From positions 50,840,001 through 50,904,000 of the forward strand of contig OZ024746.1 of NCBI GenBank assembly GCA_964016885.1: a stretch of DNA of 64,000 nucleotides. Reading direction: 5' to 3'. Position 1 is the first letter of the stretch; each line of letters opens with the position of its first letter. This document shows positions 45,928 through 60,337 of this stretch, one piece after another. Position numbers and translations under genes: made by a program. This stretch comes from Eledone cirrhosa (Eukaryota). Under the pieces are notes generated by a model. It was not told the DNA's origin. It did not search any database and worked only from the letters and a program-made list of their open reading frames with translations.

Positions 45928-47176
45928 CAGGTAACAGACCTTGTGGGCCTGTTTATAATTAATTCGCTGCATAGGAAAATACCCGGTGCTACCGGAGGAT
46001 TATATCGAGATGACATGCTTTTACTTATTGAAAATAATAACTCTGAACTAAATAGAAAAAGAAAACAAATTATACAATTTTTTAATTACCTTAATCTAAA
46101 AATAGAAATTGAGAATAACCATAGAATAGTCAATTTCCTAGATGTAACATTAAATCTCAACACATGTCTTCACTATTCATTTCACAAGTTAAATGAAAAC
46201 TTGAATTATGTCAATTTTAACTCCAACCACCCCAGATCTGTTAAAAATACTATAGTGAACTCTGTTCAAAAACGTATCTCTAGAATCTCATCTAATAAAA
46301 ATATTTTCGACCAAAAAGCCCAGTATTACAATAAAGCGTTAGCTAGAGCAGGATATAGTGATAAAATTATGTACATCGATAATAATAGACAAACTAACTA
46401 AAATAACAACAATTTTAATTACGGTAACAACTTTAACAACTATAATAGAAAGAATTACAATAATTCCAAAAACCAGAAAAGAAATAGAACTAGAAACATA
46501 ATTTGGTTTGCCCCCCCCCCCCTTTCTCACTAAACATTAAAACCCACATCGCTAAACTATTTTTAATGCTCTTGATAAACGATTCCCTAGAACACATAAG
46601 TATCACTCAATTTTCAATAGACATACTATAAAATTAACCTACTCGTCCACCAAAAATTTAGCACCAAATATTAATAGAATAAATAATAGGAATCTAAAAC
46701 CTAGCCAAAATACCGATAATAGCATAAACAATATTCAAGTAAACAACTGTAACTGTAGAGATAGATCTAAATGCCCGTTAAATAACAATTGCTTAGTTAA
46801 AAATATAATATACAACTGTAATGTTAAAACTGACTTAAATTCTTTTAATTATGTTGGTTCCACCTCGACAGAATTTAAACTTCGCTATAATAATCACAAG
46901 AATTCTTTCACGGATCCAAACAAAAAATCTTCAACATCACTATCAGGCTTACTCTGGCAACTTAAACATGATAACGTTGGATATTCGATGGTTTGGAATA
47001 TAGTCTCAAGAGGGATTCTTTTTAACTCCTCCTCTGAGACATGTGACCTCTGCGCGGAGGAGATATTCTTTATACTAAAATCTAAAAATTCCCTTAATTT
47101 ACGGACCAATTTATTCAGTTGCTGCAGACATAGATTGAACTCAACTTTTAAATATAAATATAAATTTAAAATGTAG
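45928..47176 (+). pseudogene. Family B copy 3: RT (from QVTDLVG) + GIY-YIG, with nonsense codon at 46399 and frameshifts; 3'UTR to ~48115
   Basis: GLYRDD, NFLD, CNCRDRSKC, CDLC; poly-C run expanded at 46511-46522. Confidence 0.92.
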
Positions 47177-48723
47177 TATATTTACTTAAGACTTTTAATT
47201 ATTTTAGAAAACTTGGCGATAAATCTTTCGATTCTTTCAATTCTTTAAACCTTCTTCATGAGTATATATTTAATTATTTAATTATTTAATTATTTAATAA
47301 TGTAATTAAACTACCTTAAAATGGTGATGCTCCCAATCTATTGAATAAAATTTTTAAGCTAGATAAACTTCTATAATAAATATAAGAGCATCTGTAGAAC
47401 TACCGGGTATCCTAAAGTTTTTTTTGAATGATTTCTGCTAAATAAGTTTGGTGAATAATTTTGGTTTTGTTTGCTTTTGATTCTGATTGCTTCTAATGAA
47501 CTTGGCAATATACTGTCAAATAAATTGGAAGGATTGATTGATATGCGGGGCACACTGTGTTTTATTACGGCCCTAGATATTCTGGGGAGTGAAATATTCT
47601 TGGCGTTTTTGATATTTTTTAATATTTTAATATATTGATATCTGTTTTATTCTATACTTGAACGATAATCATGTAAGAGAGGACAAGAATATTATTAATA
47701 TTAATAGTGTATATTTTATGTATATATATATGTATGTACATATGTGTATGGTAAAATCTTTTTTTAACGCAATGAAGATTTTCATGTGAAATAAAAATTT
47801 ACAGAGCTGATTACGTAAACTCACATGTGTCTATAATGTCATTTTGAGATAACCTTCTCTTTTTCTTTCTCTTTTTTCTTTTTCTCTTTTTTCATGGAAA
47901 TACATATATACTTATGTATTTCAGTATTTTTTTGAAGTTTTATCTCAGATTTTGATTGTAAACCTAAGAATTTTTAAACTAAACATATAGTCATTATTTT
48001 TTCACACATTATTGATATGTGTCTCATTCATGAATATTGATATTTACATTATAATTCATAGGAATTGATAGACTGATGAAACATAATATTTTAAAACTAT
48101 CATTTTTATTTCTAAGTATATCTCCTCTCCTCCTCCCTCTACACTTGACGGTATATGCATTAGGGAATTCAATTCCCTAATGCATATACCAGCAGGCTAC
48201 TAGCATTGTTGTTATTCAGTAGCAGTAAAAATCTCCCTCTTCCTTAATTGACACTTTATAATTAATACTACTACACCAAACGACCAGCCCTGTCCATTGT
48301 TCAATTGGTCAAGTATAGATTAAAATAGGCACTCCCAAAAATTCTTATTTAGATAAAATAAACCATATACTCATTGTATTCTCATTAGAAACCCTTTATA
48401 TACTTGTTTACCAGTAAATTGAATTGCCATCTGTCATATACTATCCCCTCTCTTCTTCCTTTATTACAACTAATATAAATACTTCAATTTTTCTGATTTT
48501 TTCCAATTTATCCAATATCTCTGAAGAGGTGACAAGTGATTATACATTTGCTATCGAATATTTGCTAACATTATATGATTACGCAAGCAGCGATACATAG
48601 GTATTCCATCTGTTACAGAAACATATGTCAATACCTAATAAATTCCTTTTTTAATAAAAAGCACTTTCATTTTATATTCATCTTTTCTATATATTTATAT
48701 AAATATATATATTTATATTTATA

Positions 48724-48782
<59 letters not shown>

Positions 48783-48889
48783 ATATATTTATATATATAT
48801 TTATACATAAATATATTTTTATATATATATTTATATATATATATTTATATATATATATATTTATATATATATATTTATATATGTGTGAA

Positions 48890-49204
48890 TGAAGTAATTC
48901 CGTCGGAAAAGTCCAGGAAAAAAGAGTGCTCTATGTAGGTAACAGAGCTTAATAGTTATGTAATAAACAACATAAGGCAATTATTCCATTTACCAGTGGT
49001 TTCTTAAAAGCAAAAGATTTTGCTTTCAATCCTCAGAATGAAAAAATCCTGGTCTGTTTATTGAATTTGGATTTAAAAAATAAAAATGTAATCTATATGA
49101 AAGTGAGGCTGGAGAAGGAAAAAGGAAAGGAAAAATAAGATAAAACTACACATGCAGACACACACAAAAACACGCAAAAGCATACATACACACACGCACA
49201 TATA

Positions 49205-49272
<68 letters not shown>

Positions 49273-49500
49273 CATACACTCATACATACACACACACACA
49301 TATATACACACATATATGTGTATATAAATACACAAACACATACATATACACATATATACATACGCACATACATATCAACACATCCATACATACACATACA
49401 CATATACAACCACACACACATATATACACACATACATACACATAGAAACATAAATATAAATACATATACATACACACATATACATACATATATATATATA
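48890..49500 (-). mobile_element. Family G pLTR-like non-coding element (microsatellite-rich) with HHR at 48984-49043
   Basis: Inverse of ~51640-52190. Confidence 0.75.
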
Positions 49501-49502
49501 TA

Positions 49503-50872
49503 TGCAAAAGTTTTATTTAAAATTGTTGGGTTATAACGAGTAAATATTTTATAACTGATATAAAAGCACTCAACAGTTTCTGGAGTAGGTTTACGATATT
49601 AAACAAATGGAAACTATATTTATAAAACCATATTTATTTCGTTATATATATTTCTGGGATATCATATTACAAATATGGTATGCCTTCCTCAGACAAAATA
49701 CAATACATAAGCTGTTTTATAAATAATTTTTGACATACCTTATAATAATGCAACTTCCATTTAAAAAGTTGATTTGGTAGTGAGACTGTTATGACAGTTA
49801 TATAGAAAGAAAAACGAAGATGAGAAGAAGAAGATGAAGAGATGTATGTAAATAAAAAAAGAAGATGAAGAGATGTATGTAAAGAAAAACAACAGAGCGA
49901 GATAGAGAGAGAAGGAGATACGGGAGAGAGAAATACATTGAGGAAGTGAAAAAAATATAGTAGGCAGCTTTTGGACAAATGATCATCGTATATGTGAGAG
50001 GTTAAGGAGGGAAGGGAAACAGTTAAACTAGCCGACACATAAATCACGTCCAGTGTAGAGGAGAAAAAGAAAGAAAGATGATATATTTAAAATATATTAA
50101 AAATATATTATGTCTCATCCATTTGAATTATCAATTTTTATGAATTAGGTATTATAATGTAAATATCAGTATTCATGAATGAGACACTTATCCATAATGT
50201 GTGAAAAAATGACCCCATGCTTAGCTTAACAATTCTTAGGTCTATAAGCAAAAATCTGAGATAAAACTTCAAACATAAGTATATATGCATTCTCATGAAA
50301 AAAGAAAAAAGAGAAAAGAGAAGGTTATCTCAAATTCAAGTTGATAAATATAGACACACATGTGAACCTACGTGATATGCTCCACAGATTCTTATATTTC
50401 ATGAAAATCTTCATTGCGTTACAAAAGATTCCACCCTACATATATTTACATACATATATACATATATATAGACATAAAATATATAAGATATACATTAACA
50501 TTTAAAGTAACATTCCTGCCTCACTTGCATGATTATCGATCAAGCATAGAATAAACAACAGATATCAATATTAAAAATTAAAAACGCCAAGAATATCTTC
50601 GTCACTCCACAGAGTATCTAGGGACGCAAGAGAACATAGTATGCCACGCATATCAGTCACATAAAATCAGAATCAAAAGCAAACAAAACCAAAATTGTTC
50701 ACCAAGCCTTATTTAGCAGAAATCATTCAAAACTTATTCTACAAATGCTCTTATATTTATTATAGAAGTTTATCCAGCTTAAAAATTTATTCAAAAGATT
50801 GGGAACATCGCCAATTTTAGGGTAGTTTATTTAATCTCATTAATTATATATTCATGCAGAAAGGTTTTAAAA
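49503..50872 (-). mobile_element. Family B 3'UTR/pLTR (diverged), HHR at 49630-49705 with CTGAGGA core
   Basis: Homologous to 5318-6730 and to the inverse of 47250-48050. Confidence 0.85.
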
Positions 50873-51027
50873 AAAATTGCTTTTAAGAAACCACTGGTGA
50901 ATGGAAAATTGCCTTATGTTGCTTATTACTTTATTACTTTGCTACTATATATATGTATATGTAAGGTTCATATGAATTATCTAAGACTGAGTTTTACACA
51001 CACATGTATATGTGTATGTATGTGTAT

Positions 51028-51067
<40 letters not shown>

Positions 51068-51621
51068 GTGTTTGTATTTGGTTGTGCGTGTTTATATGTA
51101 CGTATTTGTATGTGTATAATTGTATAGCTATGTATGTATACATATATGTGTGTGTGTGTATGTTTATATTTATGTATATATATATATGTATGTGTATATA
51201 ATTACATATACATATGTGTGTGTATATGTGTGTGTATAATTGTATACGTGTGCGTGTTTGTGTATGTATTTGTGTATGTGTATGTATGTGTTTATGTATT
51301 TGTATATGTATATTTATGTGTGAGAGTGTGTGTATGTATTTACTATTTCGTACGTATGTATACGTGCATTTGTGTGTATTACTTACCACGCGTGTCTGTC
51401 CAGTTACATGCCGTTTGTATCGCTGTCAAAAATTTTTTTATATATATATTTTTTCTTATATTTATTTGCGTGTGTGAATATGTAGAGGAGTGCATTTATG
51501 TATGTGTATGTATGTACGTGTGTATATATGTATGATTGTGTGCATGTATGTATATATGTATATGTATGTGTGTATGGCTATGTTTGTGTATGTGTATGCT
51601 TGTACACATATATATATATGA

Positions 51622-51665
<44 letters not shown>

Positions 51666-51854
51666 ATGTATTTATATTTATGTTTCTATGTGTATGTATG
51701 TGTGTATATATGTGTGTGTGGTTGTATATATGTATGTGTATGTATGGATGTGTTGATATTTATGTGCGTATGTATATATGTGTATATGTATGTTTTTGTG
51801 TGTATTTATATACACATATATGTGTGTATATATGTGTGTGTGTATGAGTGTATG

Positions 51855-51934
<80 letters not shown>

Positions 51935-52100
51935 TGTGTGTATGTATGCTTTTGTGTGTGAGTGTGAGTGTTTTTGTGTGTGTGTTTGCATGTGTAGTTT
52001 TATTTTATTTTTCCTTTCCTTCTTCCTTCTCCAGCCTCACTTTCATATAGATTGCATTTTTGTTTTTAAAATCCAAATTCAATAAACAGACCAGGATTTT

Positions 52101-52160
52101 TTTCATTCTGAGGATTGAAAGCAAAATCTTTTGCTTTTAAGAAACCACTGGTAAATGGAA
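52101..52160 (+). ncRNA. Type I hammerhead ribozyme (family G; element 50877-52190)
   Basis: tttcatt-CTGAGGA-ttgaaagcaaaa(tc)ttttgcttttaa-GAAACC-ACT-GGTA-aatggaa. Confidence 0.87.
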
Positions 52161-52214
52161 TAATTGCCTTATGTTGTTTATTACATAACTATATATTTAT
52201 ATATATATATTTAT

Positions 52215-52387
52215 ATATTTGCTGTACTTCCGGCGTCAGCAGCAACCGCACGGTCAAAGTGGTACGCTTTCCATCTTATTCTTCGGATGAAGAAGTTGAC
52301 ACTCTGTATTAAGAGTTTGAGGTATGTCTTTCTGTCCGGGATAGGTATGGACTTAAGTGAGATTCTGAGTTTCTGTTTGCTCAACAT
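52215..52387 (-). pseudogene. N-terminus of a Naiad-like ORF (family F), truncated by (TA)n
   Basis: MLSKQKLRISLKSIPIPDRKTYLKLLIQSVNFFIRRIRWKAYHFD matches the N-termini of families A, B and D; leader 52430-52600 is the inverse of ~53793-53962. Confidence 0.88.
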
Positions 52388-52627
52388 GGTGACTTCTAAC
52401 AGTAAATAGCTCAACTACTGGAGCTCAAGTATACACAGTTCAAGAGTAACCAATCTTAAAGAGAGAGATGGAGATAGTAGAGGAGATATGAGAGGAGAGA
52501 TTGGTGAGTTAGTTAGAAGCCAAAGCGTAAAGGCATGTGCTCAATTTGCAATATGCAGTAGAAAGCAGCTAGGTGGCTGGGTTCATGCAGAAGTTAGGTG
52601 CCCTTTGGCAGCCATCTTGTTACCCAT

Positions 52628-53158
52628 AATAATTACTCTAGTAGCACACCTCCCCCATCTAATCCTTCTAGCACGGACCAACCGCTTAGGTTAAACCACC
52701 CTACTCTCACTAACCGCAGAAGCAACTGCAACTGCCGTTACCCAAATGCATGCCCATTAAATGGACACTGCCTGACACCCAACATAGTCTATAGGTGTAC
52801 GGTTGAGACTGCTTCGAATACCAGCTCTTTTATCGGGTCTACCTCTAACCCTTTTAAGGTACGCTATAACGCGCACTCTTTTTCCTTCCGAGACCCTAGC
52901 AACAGATGTTCGACATCGCTAGCTAGGCTCATTAAAAACCTTAAATTAAACAACGTTCAACATTCACTAAAATGGGATATCGTTGCTAGGGCCCAATCGT
53001 TCAATGGACGAAGAAAATCTTGTGATCTCTGTGTTACGGAAGCATATTACATAACTCTATCACGACCTCTACTGATTAACGATAGAACGGAGGTAACCAT
53101 TAGCTGTCAACATCGAAGGGCTAATTCCTTCGCCAATAGAGTTTTTGAGCCAACTTAG
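52628..53158 (+). pseudogene. Family F Zn-linker + GIY-YIG domain (5'-truncated); 3'UTR to 53962
   Basis: CNCRYPNACPLNGHC, IVYRC..FIGSTS..FKVRY..H, CDLC..E, SCQHR. Confidence 0.9.
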
Positions 53159-54133
53159 TCATGTAGCCCCATTTCAACTTGTAGCTAATAAGTTAAATTG
53201 CTATGAACAACTCGATAATTATAAGTTACCTCCCCTACATTGTCTCTCAATTAAAAAATTTAAAAACTAGCACTTAACTATAAATATTCACAATCTCTAA
53301 TCTCTCGAGAAGTTACTTCCCCTGAAACCACCCTCTAATTAGTAAGGTAAACATGCCGTTTGGCAGCCATCTTGTTACCCATAGGCAGATCTCACACAAT
53401 GCAGTCTCGACAGATGAATACTGCTTGATTATGGCTGACAGCTGATGCAACCAAGACACCATAGTAAAAACCAATATATGGAACATTATATTATGTAACA
53501 TTATTTTAATTTATATTCCTTTGAGTTCCGATAAGCCACTCTGTTTTTTAAATATGTTAATTATTTTCAACTGAACCAGATCAATTATGATATATAGTCA
53601 TCTGATCCAGAAATATTATATGGAGTAGCGAAACAATTGTAAACGGACATTATTATTATTATTAATATTATTATTATTATTCTCTACATTCTTTACATCA
53701 AACTAAAATATGTTGACAATCTTTTAATAATGTCTTCCTTGTGAAGTTTGTGGTCTTGTTTGGCTTAACTAATGAATATTTCCAGCTCTGCGCACCTAAC
53801 TTCTGCATGAACCCAGCCACCTAGCTGCTTTCTACTGCATATTGCACATTGAGCACATGCCTTTACGCTTTGGCTTCTAACTAACTCACCAATCTCTCCT
53901 CTCATATCTCCTCTACTATCTCCATCTATCTCTTTAAGATTGGTTACTCTTGAACTGTGTATATTTATATATATATATTTATATTTATATATATATATTT
54001 ATATATATATATTTATATATATATATTTATATATATATATATTTATATATATATATATTTATATATATATATTTATATATATATATTTATATATATATAT
54101 ATTTATATATATATATATTTATATATATATATT

Positions 54134-54164
<31 letters not shown>

Positions 54165-54246
54165 TTACATATATATATATATTTACATATATGGTAGGTC
54201 AGACGTGATCATCGCGATTCACATACGACCTAACATACATCTTACT

Positions 54247-54297
<51 letters not shown>

Positions 54298-54322
54298 ATT
54301 TATATTTATATATATATATATT

Positions 54323-54351
<29 letters not shown>

Positions 54352-54357
<6 letters not shown>

Positions 54358-54567
54358 ATACTTTGGGAGGGTCATGTTGCCAATAAGAAACACACGCACC
54401 AGTTGCTTTCACTTCAATTTAATTTATTATATATTTATAAATTTACAAATTTATAAATTTCTGGTTGGTTGGTTGGTTCCACAACCAGATAGTTGTTTAT
54501 ATATATATAGTCATAGTTCTTTCGTCACACACTCTGTGGCAACATGACCCTCCCAAAGTATAACAAT
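54352..54567. mobile_element. Family C pLTR end in fold-back form (54352-54538 minus, 54538-54567 plus)
   Basis: Inverse of 1918-2104 followed by a direct 30-nt tail. Confidence 0.88.
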
Positions 54568-54880
54568 ATCGGTTTCAACACACGATTTCAGATAAAGAAT
54601 CTTGCTAAACAAATTCAGAAACGATATATATATATATATATTTACATATATATATATTTATATATATATATATTTATATTTATATTTATATATATATATA
54701 AATTTATATATATATTTATTTATCTATATATTTATATATGTATTTATATATATATATATGTATTTATATATATATATATTTATATTTATATATATATTTA
54801 TATATGTATTTATATATATATATATATGTATTTATATATATATATATATATTTATATATGTATTTATATATGTATATATG

Positions 54881-54984
<104 letters not shown>

Positions 54985-55541
54985 CATATATATATATATT
55001 TATATATATATATTTATATATATATATAAATATATAATATAAATATATATATATATATACATATATAGATATATATAAATACATATATATATATAATAAT
55101 ATATATATATATATATATAGATATATATATATATATAAAAATACATATATATATATAAATACATATATATATATTTATATATATATATATTTATATATAT
55201 ATTTATTATATATATATATATTTATTATATATTTATATATATATATATTTATATATATATTTATATATATATATATATATATAAATATATTGGTAAACGG
55301 AATAGAAAATGCTGACAAATTGTTCACAGTTGAAAAATGGTTTAATTAGGAATAAAAGATTATTAGTGATTGTATGGGTTAGTATTCAGTTGTGGTTTTA
55401 AGTTTTTAAGTTTCTGCCGGTTGCGCATTTCTAAATGCTTTTCAAAAATAATTTTGAGATAGAGTGTCCGTGTTGTTTGCTCTGATCTGAGCAAACAACA
55501 CGGACACTCAATATATAATAACTTGTGTGTTACACCTCTAT

Positions 55542-56078
<537 letters not shown>

Positions 56079-57499
56079 GTTAGAGAAGCAAAAAATTGCT
56101 TATTGTGATCCAGTTTTTGGTTAAGAAAGCCAGTTTAATGGATGGTTTCAACGTACGGTTAGGGGTAACTCCACAAGTTTGTAAGAATTCCGTTCAATCT
56201 TGGAGTATAAAGTATAAAAGAGAAAACACAGGTAAGCATTAAGAGAAGGATTTTATCCAGGTATTTACGACCGTTTCATTGGTAAGTGCAACCTTATATT
56301 GCTATACTGCAAATAGCAGCAACTCAATTATAATTGTTGTTCACAGTCCTAATTTTCAAAATAGTGAGTTACTCTTGAAATAATTCTTAATATATAGAGA
56401 AAAACATTTATTTGGAATTGTATTTACTAGTATAGAGAGAGAGGAATCAGGAGGTGAGGGGACAAACGGCATAGTATAGAGAGAGGAAGGGGGAAGAGGT
56501 AGGAAGTAGAATGACAAACTGAGATGGAGGGAGGGGTAGAGGTGGAAGGATTCTTTGGTCAGTTTTGATAGCAGACATCATGTCGTGGAGTGTAGTGAGT
56601 TAAAGAAACGCAATTCATAGACTTCATGCCCATCTCACAATCCATGATGATTCAACATTGGGTGCCTGGTGAACCATGCTAGAACATCACAGCTTGTCGT
56701 TCTTTAATTCGATTCATAGATCAGGTTGTTTTTGTTGTGAGAGATGACATCGTATTATATTCCGGAAGTGTATGTGTGATTAAGGGGAGTTAATGCGTAA
56801 GGGGAGGTAACTAGCTTATTTCTATAGTTAAATTTATTATCCTAAAGTACATTAATGGTGTCTCAAATGAGTTCCCATCATATAAGGTTATAAACAATTT
56901 CTAAATTTAAGTATCTTATCTATAAATTACAGTGTAGTCTATCGAGAAGTACTAAAGGTGTTCATATTAGGATGAATACCCTCTATCATAGAGTGCCCCC
57001 ACCGAACATTCCACATGAAGAGTCAGATCTCCAAATCAATGATCTTTGTAAGTGTAGTCCACCCGCAGGGCTTGGCAGGGTCTTATTAGAATCACGTCTA
57101 TATATGACTCCTGGTAAGTTCTGGGTCATTGCATGACTGATTGCATGGCAAAGTTAAATATCACTAGGGTAGTCCAGAGATCAATTCTCACTTACAAAGA
57201 CACTGATCTGACCATCAAGTCATACATGTATTTATAACTCATACATCACCTGTACATAATTCATTGCACTAAGCATATAGATTATATAGCTCTTTTATGT
57301 TAATAAATTAATTACTTAATCTTCCATTTATCCAATGATGGCACTACATACACGGGACAATGTTAGCACAACCAATTACGTGCTTAAAGTTTACATTGGT
57401 GTAATGTAGTCCAAGCAATTGAAGGCCAATATACCAAAAGTAGAAGTACATGGGGATATCTCCAAGGTAAAAGGTACTAGGAGGTTGCCAGTATTTGCG

Positions 57500-60046
57500 T
57501 TAAAGAGGACTAATGTGTGTGGAGATGAGGTGTAAGGTGTGCCCCTGATGATTGCTGCTAGAGGTGGTGACGGATTCAAGTCTGACATTGTTATATATTG
57601 GGTTTAAATTTTGGGAAGAGTGTCGGAAGCGGTGTTGGCAAGACGCGAACACTTCTGATTTTTTATTAAGGAGGTTATGGTTTGAGAAGCTGATAGTATG
57701 GGTCTCTAGTAGACAGAGGTTACAAAATCTATTAGGTGGTTTGTACGATGACGCGTTACCTATCACTTCCCATTTAAGTGTATATGGTTTATTTTTAGTT
57801 TTTAGATAGTGTATGTAGCTAGATAGAGAAGTGGAGTTGGCTAGACTGTGTTTTTTGAAAGAGTGGATATGCGAATTGTATCTGGTTTTGAAGCAGTTTG
57901 AAGTAGAGCCTATATAGGTTTCAGAAGAGTGTGCTAGTTGTGACTGTGCATGAGTATATGATATCCTTGGTTAAGCATTTTTTATCTAAAGGGCAGGTTC
58001 TATTTGATCTACAGTTACAATTATTCTGGGTGTTAGTTTGCCGGTTATTATGTTGTGTAGAAGTCTGGATGGTAGCTATAGGCTTATGGTTATGTGGGTT
58101 GACGTTCCCAGCGTTATTGTTTACACTAGTGTTATTACTATTATTTCATTGATATTAGGGTTAGTTGCTATAATGTTATTTTGAAGGTTTATCGTCTGTT
58201 GTGATTTAGTTTGCTGGAAGTAAGAATTAATTTTTCTTTTATTGCTACTAGCTATGTGGTATGCTATGTTAGGCATAGTAGAGTAGGAGATTTTAATAGT
58301 GTTTTTGTTTAAAAGGCTATGGTACTTATGGCCGGATGGGAAGTTTTTATCTAGTAGTGAGAAGAAAGCACTAGGTAGGTTGGTAGAGACGTTTAGATTG
58401 AAAGGAGGGTTGAAAAATGTATTATTTCTTCTTCTATTTTTGTTTTTTATGTCTGGTGAATTGTTTCCTTTTATGGTACTATGGTAATTTCTGTTGTGTG
58501 GGTTATTTTTGTTTGCATCTTCCGTATTAGTGTGTGTGTAGTTGCTATTCCTATTACTAAATTTCCTCATGGACATGTGCGAAATAATGTTGTAGCTATG
58601 TGTTTTTGTAGGTAGGAACTCGATCTCTATATTATGGCCTGATCTAGCTAATGCCTGATTATAATATTGCGAGTTTTTGCTAAATATGTTTACGTCATAG
58701 GATAGATTAGAGATTCTATTAGATACTCCCTTAGAGATAGAGTTTAATATAGATCTAGGGTGGTTAGACTTGGTATCTACGTAAATGAGTTTTTCATTAG
58801 GTTTGTGGAAAGGTGCATATATCTTTGAGTCTAGGTAGAGGGTGGCGTCCAGGAAGTTAACGTTTTTAGTGTTTTTGTCCATGGTAATACTAAGGTTATA
58901 GTTTTTGAATGTCTTGTGCAATAGTTTTCTAGTTCTTTCTATATTGAATTTTTTATAATCTATAAGTAGAAGTGCATCGTCGCGGTACAAACCACCGTTG
59001 AGGTATGGAAGGTCCTTATGGATTTCGTTAAGTAAATATAGGCCGACTAAATCAGTGACCTGCGCCGAGTCACTAGATCCCATGGTTATGTCGAAGTTGT
59101 TTTGCGTATCCTTGCGGGTCCATAATTGGTCTTCAAAGGTGATTACTGTTTTACGGGCCGCAAGTATGACATCAATATGTGGTCTAGTCAGGTCACTTTT
59201 GTCCATGGCCATGATAAGTGCCTTATTTAATAGGATAGGGGAAATAGAGGTGTAGTATGAATTGATATCAAATTGAATAAATTTTTTATCCTTGCTATCC
59301 TTGATATCTTTGAACCATTCAATCACTTCACCTGTATTTCCCCATTGTTTAAGGTATATCTTGTGTTTAATCTGTGGGATGATTTTATCTAAAATTTTCT
59401 TACTGATAATGCCAATGTCAGACTTGGAAGGGCAGATAAGTCTAATCGAGGGGTTGCTAATGAAATCCTCCTTATGGTCCTTCAGAGAGAATCTAGGGGG
59501 GTTTGGGGTATATGGTTGTGTATGTCTCTGGAGTCCTAGTTTGGACACTATATTATAGCCTTCCATATAAATATCCTCTAAGTTTTTCATAGTGGTTTTC
59601 TTGTAGCTTTTATGTAGTTCATTATATATAAACTTTCTATAAGTATTATAATCTAGGCTGTATATGTTATTAGTTTTGTCCGCATGTACAATAATTTTAT
59701 TACTAGTTTTGAAATCATTAATAGAGGTGCTAAGTTTGTTTAAGAAGGTGTTGTTTTTATTACGGTGCTTTTTGTATTTAATATTCTTAACTAGTTTTAT
59801 TAGGTCATTTTCAAAGGAGTTTAGTAGTGTGTTATGAGGCGGGCTTCTAAAGGTTTTAAAGCCGAAGGAGTCAAATTTGTTAGTATTATTAACCTTGTTA
59901 GATTTGTTTTTATCATAATGGAATGTCCTCCATCTCACTCTATTGATAAAGGAATTTACACAGTCGATCAATAATTTTTCATATGTATTTTTGGATGGTA
60001 TTGGTATGTTCTTGGTTGACATAGGGAGTTGGTCTTTGATCAGCAT
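57500..60046 (-). pseudogene. Family D RT + GIY-YIG ORF with two frameshifts (~58145 and ~57930)
   Basis: 641-aa RT ORF ([26 protein letters not shown]); CNCRSNRTCPLDKKC lies in a shifted frame; ETYIGSTS...CNLC is back in the original frame. Confidence 0.92.
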
Positions 60047-60288
60047 ACTGGTAATTTATTGTATGTCAGCTCAACAGTATGGAGCAGTTAATAGTATTAA
60101 GGATACTATTTATGGTTATGTATATACTAAAACCTTTTATAGTTATATATACCCTAAATAGTGAAAGACAATAATTTATTACTATCTTATTACCAGTAAG
60201 ATAAATAGCTCAATGTAACAACATCAGTTGTTTTACAGAGCAGTTATATAGAGATTACATGAAACAAAGTTCTGTTTAAATCATTTAT

Positions 60289-60337
60289 CTGCTTACAATT
60301 GTTTCTTCCAAACCGAGGTTTGGAGTCTTCGGAGCAA
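60289..60337 (-). ncRNA. Hammerhead variant with U4C core (family D; inverted copy at 62241-62289)
   Basis: ttgct-CCGAAGA-c-tccaaacc(nn)ggtttgga-a-GAAAC-AATT-GTA-agcag. Confidence 0.65.

Noticed and set aside
48514-48605. Possible HHR (aatatct-CTGAAGA-ggtgacaagtg/catttgctatc-GAAT...aggtatt)
   Set aside because: GAAA and the NUH cleavage triplet cannot be placed canonically; at best a degenerate remnant.
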